64,000 bases of DNA from contig CAWFSF010000005.1 of assembly GCA_963818475.1 (NCBI GenBank), positions 1 through 64,000 on the forward strand, read 5' to 3'. Positions 50,212-64,000 of the stretch are shown one piece after another. The stretch is from Nitrospirota bacterium. GTDB taxonomy: Bacteria; Nitrospirota; UBA9217. A program made the translations under genes and the position numbers. Below the pieces are notes generated by a model. The model was given only the letters and a program-made list of their open reading frames with translations. It made no database searches and was not told where the DNA came from. How positions within the stretch are numbered: the first letter of the stretch is position 1; each line of letters begins with the position of its first letter.

Positions 50212-50478
50212 ATGATGAGCGCCATGGAAGAGCGGATCGGATCGGTGATCAGGTTTTTTGATAAAACCTCTGTGGCGGCGGTAAAACTGGATTTCGGCGA
50301 ACTCTGCCTTGGCGACAACGTGCGCATCAAGGGGCCGTCCACCGATTTCATGCAGCCGGTGGATGCCATGGAATTCGATCACAAGCCGGTGCAAAAGGCC
50401 CTGCGCGGCCAGTTCACCGGGCTCAAGCTCTCCCAGCCTGCAAAGCCCTTTGACCTCGTCTACAAGGTCACGGGCTGA
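50212..50478 (+). CDS. Small translation-factor-like beta-barrel protein (U32 C-terminal-like)
   Basis: IGSVIRFFDKTSVAAVKL, LCLGDNVRIKG..TDF.Q.V and GLK pattern. Confidence 0.65.
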   Translation: MMSAMEERIGSVIRFFDKTSVAAVKLDFGELCLGDNVRIKGPSTDFMQPVDAMEFDHKPVQKALRGQFTGLKLSQPAKPFDLVYKVTG

Positions 50479-50489
50479 ATCTCCCCGAT

Positions 50490-51461
50490 ATGCTTGCCTA
50501 TACGCTAAAGCGCCTGCTCCTGATGATCCCCATCCTGATCGGCATCACCGTGCTCAGCTTCGGCATCATGCGGCTCGCTCCGGGCGGTCCCGCCGAGGCG
50601 CAGATGGAATTCTCGGCCAAGGCCTCGGCAGAGGCGCGGGAACGGCTCCGGAAGCTTTACGGTGCCGACCAGCCCTTCTACAAACAGTATGCAACCTGGC
50701 TCCAAAAGTTCGTGACCCTCGATTTCGGCACCGCCTTTGCCGACGGCCGCAAGGTCAAGGACAAGATCCTCGAACGCCTTCCGATCACGCTCGCGATCAA
50801 CCTGCTCTCGCTCGGACTGGTGCTGCTCATCGCCATCCCTATCGGCATTCTGTCGGCGACCCGGCAATACTCCCTGCTCGACCGGTTCACGACGATGTTC
50901 GTCTTCGTCGGATTCTCCACGCCCTCGTTCTGGCTTGCCTTACTGCTCATTTACCTCTTCGGCGTGCAGTGGGGCATCCTGCCGATCTCCGGCATCCAGA
51001 GCCTTGATACCACGGGGCTCACCATGTGGGGCAGGCTCTCGGACTGGGGGCTGCACCTGGTGCTGCCGGTCTTCGTCTCGGCCTTCGGCGGCCTGGCAGG
51101 TTTTTCACGCTACGTACGGAACAACATGCTCGAGGTAATGCGCCAGGACTACATCCGCACGGCCCGCGCCAAAGGGTTGACGGAATCTGCCGTTATTTAC
51201 AAACATGCTCTCCGGAATGCACTCATGCCGGTCATCACCATTCTCGGACTTTCCCTGCCCGGCATCATCGGCGGCAGCGTGATCATGGAACAGGTCTTCG
51301 GCATCCCGGGCATGGGGCAGCTCATGTTCCAGTCAGTGATGTCACGGGATTACAATCTCGTCATGGGCATCCTCGTGCCCGCGGCGTTCCTCACCATGCT
51401 CGGCAATTTCCTTGCGGACATCGGGTATGCTTTTGCGGACCCGCGGGTGAGATTGAAGTAA
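50490..51461 (+). CDS. Peptide/nickel ABC transporter permease (DppB/OppB-like)
   Basis: LAPGGP, DFGTAF, PSFWLA and QDYIRTARAKGL EAA loop. Confidence 0.93.
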   Translation: MLAYTLKRLLLMIPILIGITVLSFGIMRLAPGGPAEAQMEFSAKASAEARERLRKLYGADQPFYKQYATWLQKFVTLDFGTAFADGRKVKDKILERLPITLAINLLSLGLVLLIAIPIGILSATRQYSLLDRFTTMFVFVGFSTPSFWLALLLIYLFGVQWGILPISGIQSLDTTGLTMWGRLSDWGLHLVLPVFVSAFGGLAGFSRYVRNNMLEVMRQDYIRTARAKGLTESAVIYKHALRNALMPVITILGLSLPGIIGGSVIMEQVFGIPGMGQLMFQSVMSRDYNLVMGILVPAAFLTMLGNFLADIGYAFADPRVRLK

Positions 51462-51489
51462 TGCGGCTTGCGGAACAGCAAAAACGGAC

Positions 51490-52343
51490 ATGAATAACGC
51501 GGAATCCTTCACATCCCAGACGCTTCATTACTTGATGAGAGAACAAGCTCGCGGTCATCGGCGGCGATGCTCGTGCTGCTCGTCTTCATTTTGTCCATCT
51601 TTGCGCCGCTCATCGCTCCCTACAATCCTTCCACGATCGACATCAAAAGCATCCTGGTGGGCCCCAGCTCTTCGCACTGGCTCGGCACCGACGACCTCGG
51701 CAGAGACGTGCTCTCGCGCATGCTCTGGGGCGGCAGGATCTCGCTCGAGGTCGGGTTCGTCGCCGTCGGCATCGCCACGATCATCGGCATCATCCTCGGC
51801 TCGCTCGCGGGATTCTACGGCGGCTGGATCGACAGCCTGATCATGCGCGCCGTGGACATCATGCTGAGCATTCCCACGATCTTCCTCATCCTCGCCGTGA
51901 TCGCGATTCTCGAACCGAGCATCATCAACATCATGATCATCATCGGCCTCACCAGCTGGATGGAGCCCGCCCGGCTCATCCGCGCCGAGTTCATCACGCT
52001 CAAGGAGCGCGAATTCGTGGTCGCCGCTCATGCCATCGGCGCCACGGACAGCCGCATCATCATGAAGCATGTCCTGCCCAACGGCCTCTCGCCCATCCTC
52101 GTCTCCGCCACCATGGGCATCGGCGGCGCCATCCTCGTGGAATCGGCCCTGAGCTTTCTCGGCCTCGGCGTCCAGCCCCCGACCCCGAGCTGGGGCAGCC
52201 TGCTCTCAGCGGGCAAGGACAATATCGAGATCGCCTGGTGGCTGTCGGCATTTCCGGGACTTGCCATACTCATTACCGTGCTGGGCTACAATTTGTTAGG
52301 CGAAGGTATCAGGGATGCGCTGGACCCGCGGCAACGGGAGTAG
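51490..52343 (+). CDS. Peptide/nickel ABC transporter permease (DppC/OppC-like; 5' frameshift)
   Basis: HWLGTDDLGRD, EREFVVAA, HVLPN, SFLGLGVQPP and LGEGIRDALDPR. Confidence 0.92.
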
Positions 52344-52389
52344 TAGTTCTTCCCGATGTCGATGTCTCGTCATGCGCAGGTATAATCCT

Positions 52390-52545
52390 AAAAACGGCAT
52401 TTGGACACGGAAGAATCGGAAACATCTGATTAACGCGGATAAATTCTAAAGCAAAGCATTCACCTATTGGGTGAACATAAAAGAAATAATCCGCCGTTAT
52501 CCGGCTCTTATCCGTGTTAATCCGTGTCCAAATGCTTTTTTAAGG
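52390..52545. mobile_element. MITE/REP-like element, copy 2
   Basis: Near-identical to 44755-44939, same orientation and same TIR. Confidence 0.7.
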
Positions 52546-52558
52546 ATAATCGTTCATC

Positions 52559-52963
52559 ATGTCCTTCGTCCTTATCGACTACACTCCCTTCTACTACACT
52601 TCCCTCGCCGGAGCACCTGTGCCGGCCGTCGCCATTGGCAAGTTCGTCCAGGTCAGGAACGGAAATACGCTGTATCTTGTTCTCTCGCCCAAGGAGTTCA
52701 CGAAGTACCACGCGAATATCGTCGAACGGTTCTGCATGGACAAGGGCATCGAGGGAAGCTACGATGCGAAACGGGAGAAGTTCACGATCACTGACCACGA
52801 GTGGCAAATCGTCGGCGGGGGTAAGTTCGAGCGGGACGCAAATAAAAAGACCATCAAGCTGTACGACGACTCGATGGCCTACGGAAAGTTCGACGCGACG
52901 GGGCTGAAGGAAATTCTCGGTGCGCTCCCCGAATTCTCCGGTTACACCATCACCATCGAATAG
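52559..52963 (+). CDS. Conserved hypothetical protein
   Basis: 134 aa ORF with host-like codon usage; GKFVQ, YHANIVERFC, GGGKF and SMAYGKFD. Confidence 0.7.
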   Translation: MSFVLIDYTPFYYTSLAGAPVPAVAIGKFVQVRNGNTLYLVLSPKEFTKYHANIVERFCMDKGIEGSYDAKREKFTITDHEWQIVGGGKFERDANKKTIKLYDDSMAYGKFDATGLKEILGALPEFSGYTITIE

Positions 52964-52984
52964 GAAAGCGCTCCTGCCTCACTC

Positions 52985-54025
52985 TTACGGTTGCTTCACT
53001 TGATTGGCCAGCGCCTTCCTCTGGTTCGACCGGTACCTGCCGATAGCCTTCTCATGATCGCCGAAATCCTTCGAGAAAAAATGGCTGCCGTCGCCCTGGG
53101 CCACAAAGAACAGGTAGTCGACGTTCTCCGGATAAAGCGCGGCAAGAATCGCGCCGCGTCCGGGGTTCGCGATGGGGCCGGGAGGGAGTCCTTTGTGGAG
53201 ATAGGTGTTGTAGGGGGACTTTCGCTTCAGATCCGACCGGGTGACCCTGGTGATCCATGCCTTGGTGCCGTAGACCGCGGTAGGGTCGGCCTGGAGCCTC
53301 ATGCCGATCTTTAGCCGGTTGTGGTATACCGCTGCAATGAGCTTTCGCTCCGAATCCACCTTTGCTTCCTTTTCAACGATCGATGCAAGCGTCAGCACCT
53401 GGCCTTCCGTAAAACCGAGCGACCTGGCGCGATCGCGGTAGCTGTCATCGAAAACCGCTCTATAGCGCTGCACCATCCTCCTCGGAATATCTTCGAGCTT
53501 GATCCCTTTCGGCAGATAGTACGTATCAGGGAATAAATAGCCTTCCAGCGTATCAGCCTCAACGCCCAACGAGCGGACATAGTCCTTATTTTTCACCAGG
53601 GTTATGAACTGCTGCGGGTCCGCTATGAGCGGCGTGCCGGAAAGCGTCCAGCCGATCTGGTAGAGGTTGTACCCCTCGGGGATCACCACTTCGTACTCGA
53701 TGATCCTGCCCTTGCGCATCGCCTCGAGCACTTCCCACATGTTCATGTTCGTGTTCAGTCCGTAGAACCCTGTGCGGACCTTCCGGCTGATGCCCTGAAG
53801 GCGTCCAATGATCTCGAAATAACCGCGGTAGCGGATGATCCCCTCTTTCTGGAGCATGGCAGTGATCGCCTTGAAGCTCATGCCATCGGTCACCTGCACC
53901 TCCTTCCAGACCGCTTCCTTTGAGGGGGGAACAAAGAGCGCCGTGTAAAAATGGACCAGGATCACCAGCGCTGCCGTTGCCATGAGAAAGGTCAGTACCG
54001 AGTGCTGCCTGATCCAGGTCTTCAT
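52985..54025 (-). CDS. mltG: Endolytic transglycosylase MltG
   Basis: LEGYLFPDTY, LASIVEKEA, LQADPT, SPYNTY and GLPPGPIANPG. Confidence 0.96.
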   Translation of the reverse strand: MKTWIRQHSVLTFLMATAALVILVHFYTALFVPPSKEAVWKEVQVTDGMSFKAITAMLQKEGIIRYRGYFEIIGRLQGISRKVRTGFYGLNTNMNMWEVLEAMRKGRIIEYEVVIPEGYNLYQIGWTLSGTPLIADPQQFITLVKNKDYVRSLGVEADTLEGYLFPDTYYLPKGIKLEDIPRRMVQRYRAVFDDSYRDRARSLGFTEGQVLTLASIVEKEAKVDSERKLIAAVYHNRLKIGMRLQADPTAVYGTKAWITRVTRSDLKRKSPYNTYLHKGLPPGPIANPGRGAILAALYPENVDYLFFVAQGDGSHFFSKDFGDHEKAIGRYRSNQRKALANQVKQP

Positions 54026-54088
54026 CTTTTTAAAGGGCGGACGCGATGGCGCGGCCGCGTTATTTCTTTTTTCATGGGAGATCCCTTC

Positions 54089-55797
54089 TTACAGTTGTCC
54101 CGACCGGAGAATGCCGATCAGGATCCAGAATCCGAGCACTGCTGCAAGCAGGTAGCCGATCAGGCCGAAGACCGGCATGCCGAACAGCATCTGTCCCTGC
54201 CCTGTATGGATGATGATGGATGACGCCACGATGATGGCGGCGGTGATGATGCTGAAGGAGAGCCGGTTGCTGGCCTTGTCCACGTCGCGGATCAGGTGTT
54301 GAAGTTCCTCATGCTGGACCTTGACGCGAATATCGCCCCGCAGGAGCTTCCGGAAGGTCCGGTGAAGCTGCTTCGGGAAGACCGTGAAGACCTCGTAGAA
54401 GTCGACCACATTCTTCCGGGCTGAGCGCAGCACCCTGAGCGGGTCTTTCCGTTTGAGGAGAAGACGCTTGACATGCGGCCGGGCGATCTCGATAAAATCA
54501 AAATCCGGGTCCAACTGCCGCAGGATCCCTTCGAGGGTCACCAGTGCCTTGTTCACGAGGTACAGGTTCTGCGGCATGACCAGTCCGTGCCTGAGGGATA
54601 TTTTCGTCAGCCGGTCCACGTACATCCCGAAGTCGATCTGTTTGACCTTCATGCCGTAGTAGGGCTCCAGCAGTTCCACCAGGTCCTCTTTCAGCTCCCG
54701 TTGGAACCGGTCCACATCCTCCACATCGTCGGGAACGAACCCCATGTTCATGTATTCCTGCACCAGCTTGTCGAAATCGCGCTCCACCAGCGCCACGATG
54801 GTGTCGGCATAGTACTGCATGTTCTCTTCCGTGACCCGGCCCATGATGCCGAAATCAACGAGCCCGATCTTTCCGTCGGCGAGCACGAAGATGTTCCCCG
54901 GATGGGGATCGGCATGGAAAAATCCGTCCTGAAAGACCATCTGAAAGAACGCTGCTGCTCCGTTGCGCGAGATTTCCTTTCGGTCGAAACCCGCCCGGTC
55001 GATCCGGTCGAACTCGTCGATGCGCAGGCCCTGGATCCGTTCGATGACCAGCACATGCTTGCTTGAAACCTCGGGAAAGATCCGGGGGACATAGAGGATG
55101 TCGCTGGTAAGAAAGTTCTCCCGGAGGCGGCCGGCATTCGATGCTTCGATAAAAAAATCGAGTTCCCGGCTGATGGTCCGGGCAAACTCCTCAACGATGC
55201 CCCGCGGATTGTATACGGCCATGTCAGGCACATAGATCTCGATCAGTTCGGCAATGCCCCGGAGAATGCTGATATCCCGCTCGATGATCTGCTCGATATT
55301 CGGACGCTGTACCTTGACCATCACCTCGGTGTTGTCGAGAAGCCGCGCCCCATGGACCTGGGCGATGGATGCTGCTGCAATCGGCTCGGGATCGAACGTG
55401 GAGAAGACTCGCGTCAAGGGCGCGCCGAGCTCGCGCTCGACGATCTCACGTGCTGCAGGAAAGGGAAAAGGGGGGACGGAGTCGGTAAGTTTGCAGAGTT
55501 CCTGTGCGTATTCTACGGGCAGCAGGTCGGGCCTGCAGGCCATGACCTGGCCGAGTTTGATGAACGAGGGGCCCAGCTCTTCGAACATGATCCGCAGCCG
55601 CACCGGCGCGCTGCTGCGCTGCTCGGGAAACGGCCTGGTCCGGAACGTGATCGCACGTCTGCCGAGTGAAACAAACCGCCTTCAAGCCAAGCTGCTCAAC
55701 CAGGTGGCCGAACCCGTGCCGTGTGGCCACCATGATGATCTGCCTGATCCTCGGGATGTCCCGGTAATGTCTTCTCCAGAAGCCGAGCAAGAGACAT
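54089..55797 (-). CDS. ABC1/UbiB/AarF family kinase-like protein (5' frameshifts)
   Basis: EELGPSFIKLGQ, AAASIAQVH, VKVQRP, FHADPHPGN and DFG; C-terminal TM helices. Confidence 0.92.
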
Positions 55798-55813
55798 GGA
55801 CGCTGTGAGGCTC

Positions 55814-56135
55814 CTACGCCCCGCCTTTCCCTTCGCCGCCCTCGAGTTTCGCTATTCGTGCGGTAAGGTTCTGGACCTTCTTCTCCAGTTTTTCCATATC
55901 ATCGCGCGACGGGATGTTCAGCTTTTCAAGGGTGCTTGCCAGCGCGTCTTTGATCTTGAGGTCCAGTTCTTTCCTGCTATCCTCCGCTTTGGAGACCCAC
56001 TCCTTGACGAGCGATGAAGCCTCACCCTTCGAGAGTTCACCGGTCTTCACCAGTTCATCCACGAATTCCTTGGCCTTTTCCTGTGCGCCCAGCCCCGCAA
56101 GCATTGCTTTTCTTGATGATATCCGCAACCGTCAT
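55814..56135 (-). CDS. Phasin-like (polyhydroxyalkanoate granule-associated) protein (frameshift near 56110)
   Basis: KAMLAGLGA..KAKEFVDELVKTGE and LNIPSRDD; GGAGG before the ATG at 56135. Confidence 0.75.
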
Positions 56136-56181
56136 GGCATCCTCCTTTGTGATTCGTCCCGAGTGCAAAGGTACCGGAAGG

Positions 56182-58819
<2,638 letters not shown>

Positions 58820-58969
58820 AGCCTACTCCTTAGAAAATTGATTTGACCACTGGTACGATATCGATGCAGGCGGCCCCGGGACAGCAAGACCGGGAACTGG
58901 AATATTGGTTCATTCGTATTGAAGTTAAAATGTTCATAAAACCGAAACCAAACATCAAGAACCTCTTCG

Positions 58970-59185
58970 GAGGAGAAAGGGGGAAGTTGGGGAAAAAGGG
59001 GTAACTGCCTTATTAATAGGAGCTAATCCCCATTTCACCATCCTTCTCCCATTTCTCCTAACCCGAACAAGCCGGAGCCAAAAAGCCTTTTCACCACGAA
59101 GGGCACGAAGATCACGAAAAAGTTGAAAAAGACAAAATCAAAATATTGATTTTAACTTTGCGCGCTTCGTTCTTCGTGGTAAACT
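58970..59185. repeat. Two adjacent periodic inverted repeats
   Basis: GGAGAAAGGGGGAAG ... CTTCTCCCATTTCTCC, then CCACGAAGGGCACGAAGATCACGAA ... CTTCGTTCTTCGTGG. Confidence 0.65.
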
Positions 59186-59335
59186 TTTTTGCCATTTTGA
59201 GAAGAATTTTATTCTTTAGTTTCTAAAAGGTTCTTTTTTCGGGTTTCTGAAGCTAGATCCTTTTTTCAACTAGTATACGAAAGGGCCGGAATATTTCAGA
59301 CGAGCGGTCCAAAGCGTGTCCGAAGCCCGTTTCGT

Positions 59336-59824
59336 TCACTTCGTTTTCCTGACAGCCCTCAGCACTTCCCGGATCACCTCAAAGGTGTACCCTTTGCGCT
59401 CCAGCAGTCCTGCCAAACGCCGCTTCCGCGCATCAGGCTCGACGTGCTGCATCGTCCGAAGCTTCCTCTCAGCCACCTGCATCGCTGTCTCGGCCTCGCT
59501 TGTATCTCCAAAAACCTCGGCAAAGGTCTCCCGTATGATCTCCTGGTCAACGCCCTTCGCCTTCAATTCCTGATCGATCCTTCGCCTGCCGAGCCCGCGG
59601 AGCCTGATCCTGCCCCTCGCCCACGCACGCGCGAACTGCTCATCATTCACATACCCGAGCCGTGCCAGGTCGGCAAGCACTGCTGCTACGATCGCGTCAT
59701 CGAATTCCTTGTCACGCAGCTTTTGTTCGATCTCCGCCCTGCTGCGCGGACGATAGGAAAGATATCGATAGGCAGCGTTCTTCGCCCGTGTCAGTTCTTT
59801 TTCTGTTAAATCCGAAGTCTGCAA
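59336..59824 (-). CDS. recX: Regulatory protein RecX
   Basis: AYRYLSYRPRS..E, GYVNDEQFA, ELKAKGV and LERKGY. Confidence 0.92.
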   Translation of the reverse strand: MQTSDLTEKELTRAKNAAYRYLSYRPRSRAEIEQKLRDKEFDDAIVAAVLADLARLGYVNDEQFARAWARGRIRLRGLGRRRIDQELKAKGVDQEIIRETFAEVFGDTSEAETAMQVAERKLRTMQHVEPDARKRRLAGLLERKGYTFEVIREVLRAVRKTK

Positions 59825-59842
59825 TCCGAAATCCGCAATAGC

Positions 59843-61069
59843 CTACTTGTCCCCGAACCGGTCGATCTTGAAATCGCTGTTGGTGGGTGCCGGCTTGTAC
59901 TCCCTGGCCTCGCCCGGTTTCTGCGGCGCGACAGGCGCGGTCTTGGCGCCGAAGGAGCCCTTCCGCTGTTCATCCTCCTCCAGGGACATGTCGCTTGTTG
60001 ACTGGATGCCTTTCACCTTTAACGCGAAGTCGTCGGGGTTGCTCGCCGTCAGGATCGCCTCCTCGTACGTGATCAGCCCCTTTTGGTAATGCATGAGCAG
60101 CGACTGGTCGAAGGTCTGCATGCCGTAATGGCTGAGACCCGCGGCGATGATCGAGGGGATCTGGCGGGTCTTGGTCTCATCGATGATGGCCTCGCGGACC
60201 GAAAGCGTCCCGAGCATCACTTCGGCTGCCGGCACGCGGCCGCTGCCGTCTGCCCTGGTTACGAGACGCTGCGACACAATGCCCTTGATCACCGCGGAAA
60301 ACTGCATCCTGATCTGTTTCTGCTGGTACGGCGGGAATACGCTGATGACGCGGTTGATCGTCTCGGCCGCATCGACCGTATGCAGGGTCGAGAGCACCAG
60401 ATGGCCGGTCTCGGCTGCGGTCAGCGCGATGGAGATGGTCTCGAAATCGCGCATTTCGCCGACGAGGATCACATCCGGGTCCTGCCGGAGCGCGCTCCGC
60501 AGGGCGTCGCCGAAGGAGAAGGTATCCGAGCCGATCTCACGCTGGTTCACGATGCTCTTCTTGTCGCGGTGCAGGAATTCGATGGGGTCCTCGATCGTCA
60601 CAATGTTGGCGGTCCTCGACGTATTGATGTAATCGATCATGGCCGCGAGGGTCGTGGACTTCCCGCTCCCGGTCGTGCCGGTGACGAGGATGAGCCCACG
60701 CTGCTCCAGGGCCACCTTCGTCAGCACTGACGGAAGCATGAGGTCTTCAAAGTTCAGGATCTTCGCCGGGACCACGCGAAAGACCATGCCCACGCTGCCG
60801 CGCTGCTGGAAGATGTTCACGCGAAAACGTCCCAGGCCGGGCACGGCATAGGCCATGTCCAGCTCGTTCCGTTCCTTGAACTTTGCCTTCTGCACGGCGT
60901 TCATGATGCCGGAGGAGATCGCCACTCCATCCTCCTGCGTCAGCCGTTTTTCGTTCTCGAGCGGCGTCAGCCGTCCGTCGATCCGCAGGATCGGCGGCAC
61001 GCCGACCTTGAGGTGCAGGTCCGACGCTTTCCTTTCAAAGGTCAATTTAAGCAGATCGTTCAGATTCAT
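59843..61069 (-). CDS. pilT: Type IV pilus retraction ATPase (PilT/PilU family)
   Basis: ASDLH, GTTGSGKST, TIEDPIE, LRQDPD, ETGH..STLH and GMQTFD. Confidence 0.9.
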   Translation of the reverse strand: MNLNDLLKLTFERKASDLHLKVGVPPILRIDGRLTPLENEKRLTQEDGVAISSGIMNAVQKAKFKERNELDMAYAVPGLGRFRVNIFQQRGSVGMVFRVVPAKILNFEDLMLPSVLTKVALEQRGLILVTGTTGSGKSTTLAAMIDYINTSRTANIVTIEDPIEFLHRDKKSIVNQREIGSDTFSFGDALRSALRQDPDVILVGEMRDFETISIALTAAETGHLVLSTLHTVDAAETINRVISVFPPYQQKQIRMQFSAVIKGIVSQRLVTRADGSGRVPAAEVMLGTLSVREAIIDETKTRQIPSIIAAGLSHYGMQTFDQSLLMHYQKGLITYEEAILTASNPDDFALKVKGIQSTSDMSLEEDEQRKGSFGAKTAPVAPQKPGEAREYKPAPTNSDFKIDRFGDK

Positions 61070-61073
61070 GTAT

Positions 61074-62183
61074 TTATTCCTCCGCGTGCTTTTCCGTCTT
61101 CTGACCTTTAGAGGGCTTTCCTCCGCGTTCGCTCTGCGGAGCCGCCTCCTTCACCCCCGAACCGTTGTCTCCGGCCGGGGTGCTCCCTGTTGGCAGCCCC
61201 GCCGCCTGACGCACCTTCAGCTCGATCTCGGCTGCCATGTCCGGATGCTCGGCCAGGAACGCCTTCACGTTCTCCCGGCCCTGGCCGATGCGCGTGCCGC
61301 TGTACGAGAACCAGGCGCCGCTCTTCTCGACGATGTTCTTTTCAACTCCCATGTCGATGATCTCGCCGATCTTCGAAACACCCTCGTTGAACATGATGTC
61401 GAACTCCGCCGACCTGAAGGGCGGCGCGATCTTGTTCTTCACCACCTTCACCCGCACCCGGCCGCCGGTCACTTCCTCGCCGTCCTTGACCGCCGAGATC
61501 TTGCGGATGTCGAGCCGCACGGACGCATAGAACTTGAGCGCGTTGCCGCCTGTGGTGGTCTCGGGGTTGCCGAACATCACGCCGATCTTCATGCGGATCT
61601 GGTTGATGAAGATGAGCGTCGTGTTGGATTTGCTGATCGCGCCCGTAAGCTTCCTGAGCGCCTGGCTCATGAGCCGCGCCTGCAGCCCCATGTGCGCGTC
61701 GCCCATCTCGCCCTCGATCTCGGCGCGCGGCGTGAGCGCTGCCACGGAGTCCACAATGATCACGTCGATGGCGCCGCTCCGGACGAGCGTTTCCGTGATC
61801 TCGAGCGCCTGTTCGCCCGTGTCGGGCTGCGAGATCAGCAGGTCGTCGGTGCGCACCCCGAGTTTGCGCGCGTAGGTGACGTCCAGGGCATGTTCGGCGT
61901 CGATGAAAGCCGCCTGGCCGCCGGCCTTCTGGGCCTCGGCAATGATATGAAGCGCCAGCGTGGTCTTGCCCGATGATTCGGGGCCGTAGATCTCGATGAT
62001 CCTGCCGCGCGGCACGCCGCCCACACCAAGGGCGATATCCAGACCGAGGGAGCCGGTGGAGATCGCCGGGATGCCGGCCGGCATTTCTTCCCTGCCCAGC
62101 CGCATGATGGAGCCCTTGCCGAACGCCTTCTCGATCTGGGTTACCGCCAGTTCCAGCGCTTTCATTCTGTCTTTATCAGCCAT
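61074..62183 (-). CDS. recA: Recombinase RecA
   Basis: [26 protein letters not shown] and GNALKFYAS. Confidence 0.99.
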   Translation of the reverse strand: MADKDRMKALELAVTQIEKAFGKGSIMRLGREEMPAGIPAISTGSLGLDIALGVGGVPRGRIIEIYGPESSGKTTLALHIIAEAQKAGGQAAFIDAEHALDVTYARKLGVRTDDLLISQPDTGEQALEITETLVRSGAIDVIIVDSVAALTPRAEIEGEMGDAHMGLQARLMSQALRKLTGAISKSNTTLIFINQIRMKIGVMFGNPETTTGGNALKFYASVRLDIRKISAVKDGEEVTGGRVRVKVVKNKIAPPFRSAEFDIMFNEGVSKIGEIIDMGVEKNIVEKSGAWFSYSGTRIGQGRENVKAFLAEHPDMAAEIELKVRQAAGLPTGSTPAGDNGSGVKEAAPQSERGGKPSKGQKTEKHAEE

Positions 62184-62285
62184 GTGAATCTCCTTTTATG
62201 GATCTTTCTATCATTACAAGCGTCTTGTATCTGTCTTTATCAGCGTTTATCAGATTTTATCTGCGCCCAAATGCTGTTTTCAGAA

Positions 62286-62843
62286 TCAGGATAATTCGGC
62301 TCTTCCGATCTCCGTATAGACCGCGCCGGTCGGCGTGAGTTCGCTTTTCATCAGGCTGATCGCCGTCACATCGAACCCGGGAAGCGTGATATCCTTGACA
62401 CCCTCCAGTGCCCGCATCCACGATCCGCGCAACAGGAGGTGCTTGATCCTGCCGAGCGTCAGGTGCGGCGTGAATCTCCGGTCTTCCTGCTGAAACCCAA
62501 GACGTATCATCTCCTCTTCCACGCGGACCTGAAGTCTCCTGAGTTTATCGAGCTCTCCCGAAATCCCGACCCAGACAACCCGGGGATTTCTTTCATGCGG
62601 AAAGACCCCGGTACCGGCAACCGTTAAACGGAACCTGCCTCGTCCTTCAACAGCCTGCGCCAATGCTGCCCTAACCTCGTCGATACGTTCTTCCGGGACC
62701 TCGTCCAGAAACTTCAAAGTCAGATGTATGCCCTCCGGCCGGGTCCAGTTCGCTTCCGCGCCGGATACTTTTAGCCGCGCCTGCACTTCCGCCATTGCCC
62801 TCTTCGTCTCTTCAGGAATCTCTATGGCGATGAACGTACGCAT
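62286..62843 (-). CDS. thpR: RNA 2',3'-cyclic phosphodiesterase
   Basis: MRTFIA, HLTLKFL, PRVVW and PHLTLGR (two HxT motifs). Confidence 0.93.
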   Translation of the reverse strand: MRTFIAIEIPEETKRAMAEVQARLKVSGAEANWTRPEGIHLTLKFLDEVPEERIDEVRAALAQAVEGRGRFRLTVAGTGVFPHERNPRVVWVGISGELDKLRRLQVRVEEEMIRLGFQQEDRRFTPHLTLGRIKHLLLRGSWMRALEGVKDITLPGFDVTAISLMKSELTPTGAVYTEIGRAELS

Positions 62844-62851
62844 GTTTTATA

Positions 62852-62938
62852 AATGCGGATTGCGGAATTCGTCATTCCGCATTTGCCGCCGTTGTGTCAC
62901 TGATTTTCAATCCGCAATCCGCATTCCGCAATCCGCAT
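62852..62938. repeat. Heptamer-periodic inverted repeat
   Basis: AATGCGGATTGCGGAAT ... AATCCGCAATCCGCATTCCGCAATCCGCATT. Confidence 0.78.
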
Positions 62939-64000
62939 TAGCCTATGAGATGCCTCCGCACCATATCGAGCGCCATCTGGGACGTTTTAAGCCGAATCTG
63001 CGCCCGAGTCCCGAGAAAGCGGAATTCGTTCGTCTTGACGCCCTCGGCAGACGCCAGACCGATATACACCAGCCCCACGGGCTTTTCTTCGCTTTCGTTG
63101 CCCGGCCCGGCAATGCCTGTCGCGGCGATCCCGATATCGGTTCGGCTGGCCTGCAGGATGCCCTGCGCCATGGCAGCTGCAACCTCGCTGCTGACCGCGC
63201 CGTGTTTTTCGATAAGCTCCTTCGGCACACCGAGCATGGCCGTCTTGGAATCATTGCTGTACACAACTGCCGCACGGTCAAAGTAGTCCGAGCTGCCGGC
63301 GATCTCCGTGATGCGCGAGCCGATCATTCCTCCGGTGCACGATTCGGCCACAGCAAGCCTGAGCCGCCGCTGCTTGAGCAGCGCCCCGACCACTTCCGCC
63401 ATCTCCTGGCCGTCGACGCCGTACACCGCGTCGCCAAGCCGCTCCCGCACGGTCTTTTCGATCTTCTGGATGATTGCCTGGGACCGCTCAGCGCTGCTCT
63501 CCCGCACCACGATGCGGATGTCCACGCCGGTCTCTTTCGCGGTCAGGCCCACGATCCGCGGCTCCTGTTTTAAAATGTCCTGGAGCGCCTGGTTCACGGC
63601 GGACTCGGACAGGCCGGCGGTGCGCAGGATCCTGCGCCTGATGAACAGACCGGTTGCCGAAGCGCTCTTCGAGCACCGGCCGCAGTCCCTCGCTGAACAT
63701 GGCCTCCATTTCGCTCGGAACGCCGGGCAGCACCGCCAGGAACCGTGTCTTCTTCATCGAGATAGAATCCGGGGGCGATGCCCACGGGATTGGCAAGCAT
63801 GCGCACGCCTGCCGGGAGCAGCGCCTGACGGTCGTTGGACGTAGCGTGTTCCTTGCCCCTGCCCGCCAGCCGCACATGGATGGCCTTGAGCGCCTCTTCG
63901 TTCAGCACCAGGCGCCGCTTGACGATCTTCGCGATCACTTTGCGCGTGATATCGTCTTCCGTGGGCCCGATGCCGCCGGTGATGATGACCGCATCGACCC
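62938..64000 (-). CDS. cinA: Competence/damage-inducible protein CinA (partial, frameshifted)
   Basis: TGGIGPTEDDIT, LPGVPSEM, AESCTGG, GAVS and TGIAGP across three frames; starts beyond the right edge. Confidence 0.93.

Noticed and set aside
52471-52794. 107 aa ORF starting in the MITE-like repeat
   Set aside because: It begins inside the repeat and overlaps the better ORF 52559-52963 out of frame.
59336-62183. pilT between recA and recX
   Set aside because: recA-pilT-recX-alaS is a known arrangement in Geobacter-like bacteria.

Overview
A GC-rich chromosomal window from an anaerobic diderm bacterium. The gene order resembles Nitrospirota or Desulfobacterota; this is inferred, not searched. 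Core blocks are dprA-DUF494-topA-xerC-hslVU-argB, engB-clpX-clpP-tig, a seven-tRNA cluster, two ABC permeases, and mltG-ubiB-like-phasin-alaS-recX-pilT-recA-thpR-cinA. Accessory regions include an ApbE/CopZ/sigma54 two-component block, a TIGR04283/DUF3047/TIGR04282/desaturase/TVP38 cluster without its usual radical SAM partner, trxB, a CHRD protein and an RND pump. The most notable locus (31.5-44.5 kb) is a putative extracellular electron transfer system. It has a porin, a pentaheme cytochrome and an octaheme lipoprotein (ExtBCD-like) next to two tandem MtrC/OmcA-like decaheme lipoproteins with a 1+5+4 heme layout. A sigma54 promoter with a candidate enhancer and a heme c-bearing sensor kinase/sigma54 activator pair lie upstream. 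Other oddities are an actinobacterial-type TopA at the canonical topA locus, an endonuclease III with His replacing one Fe-S cysteine, and many intergenic periodic inverted repeats. Many genes, including alaS and tig, are split by apparent single-base insertions that are most likely sequencing or assembly errors.
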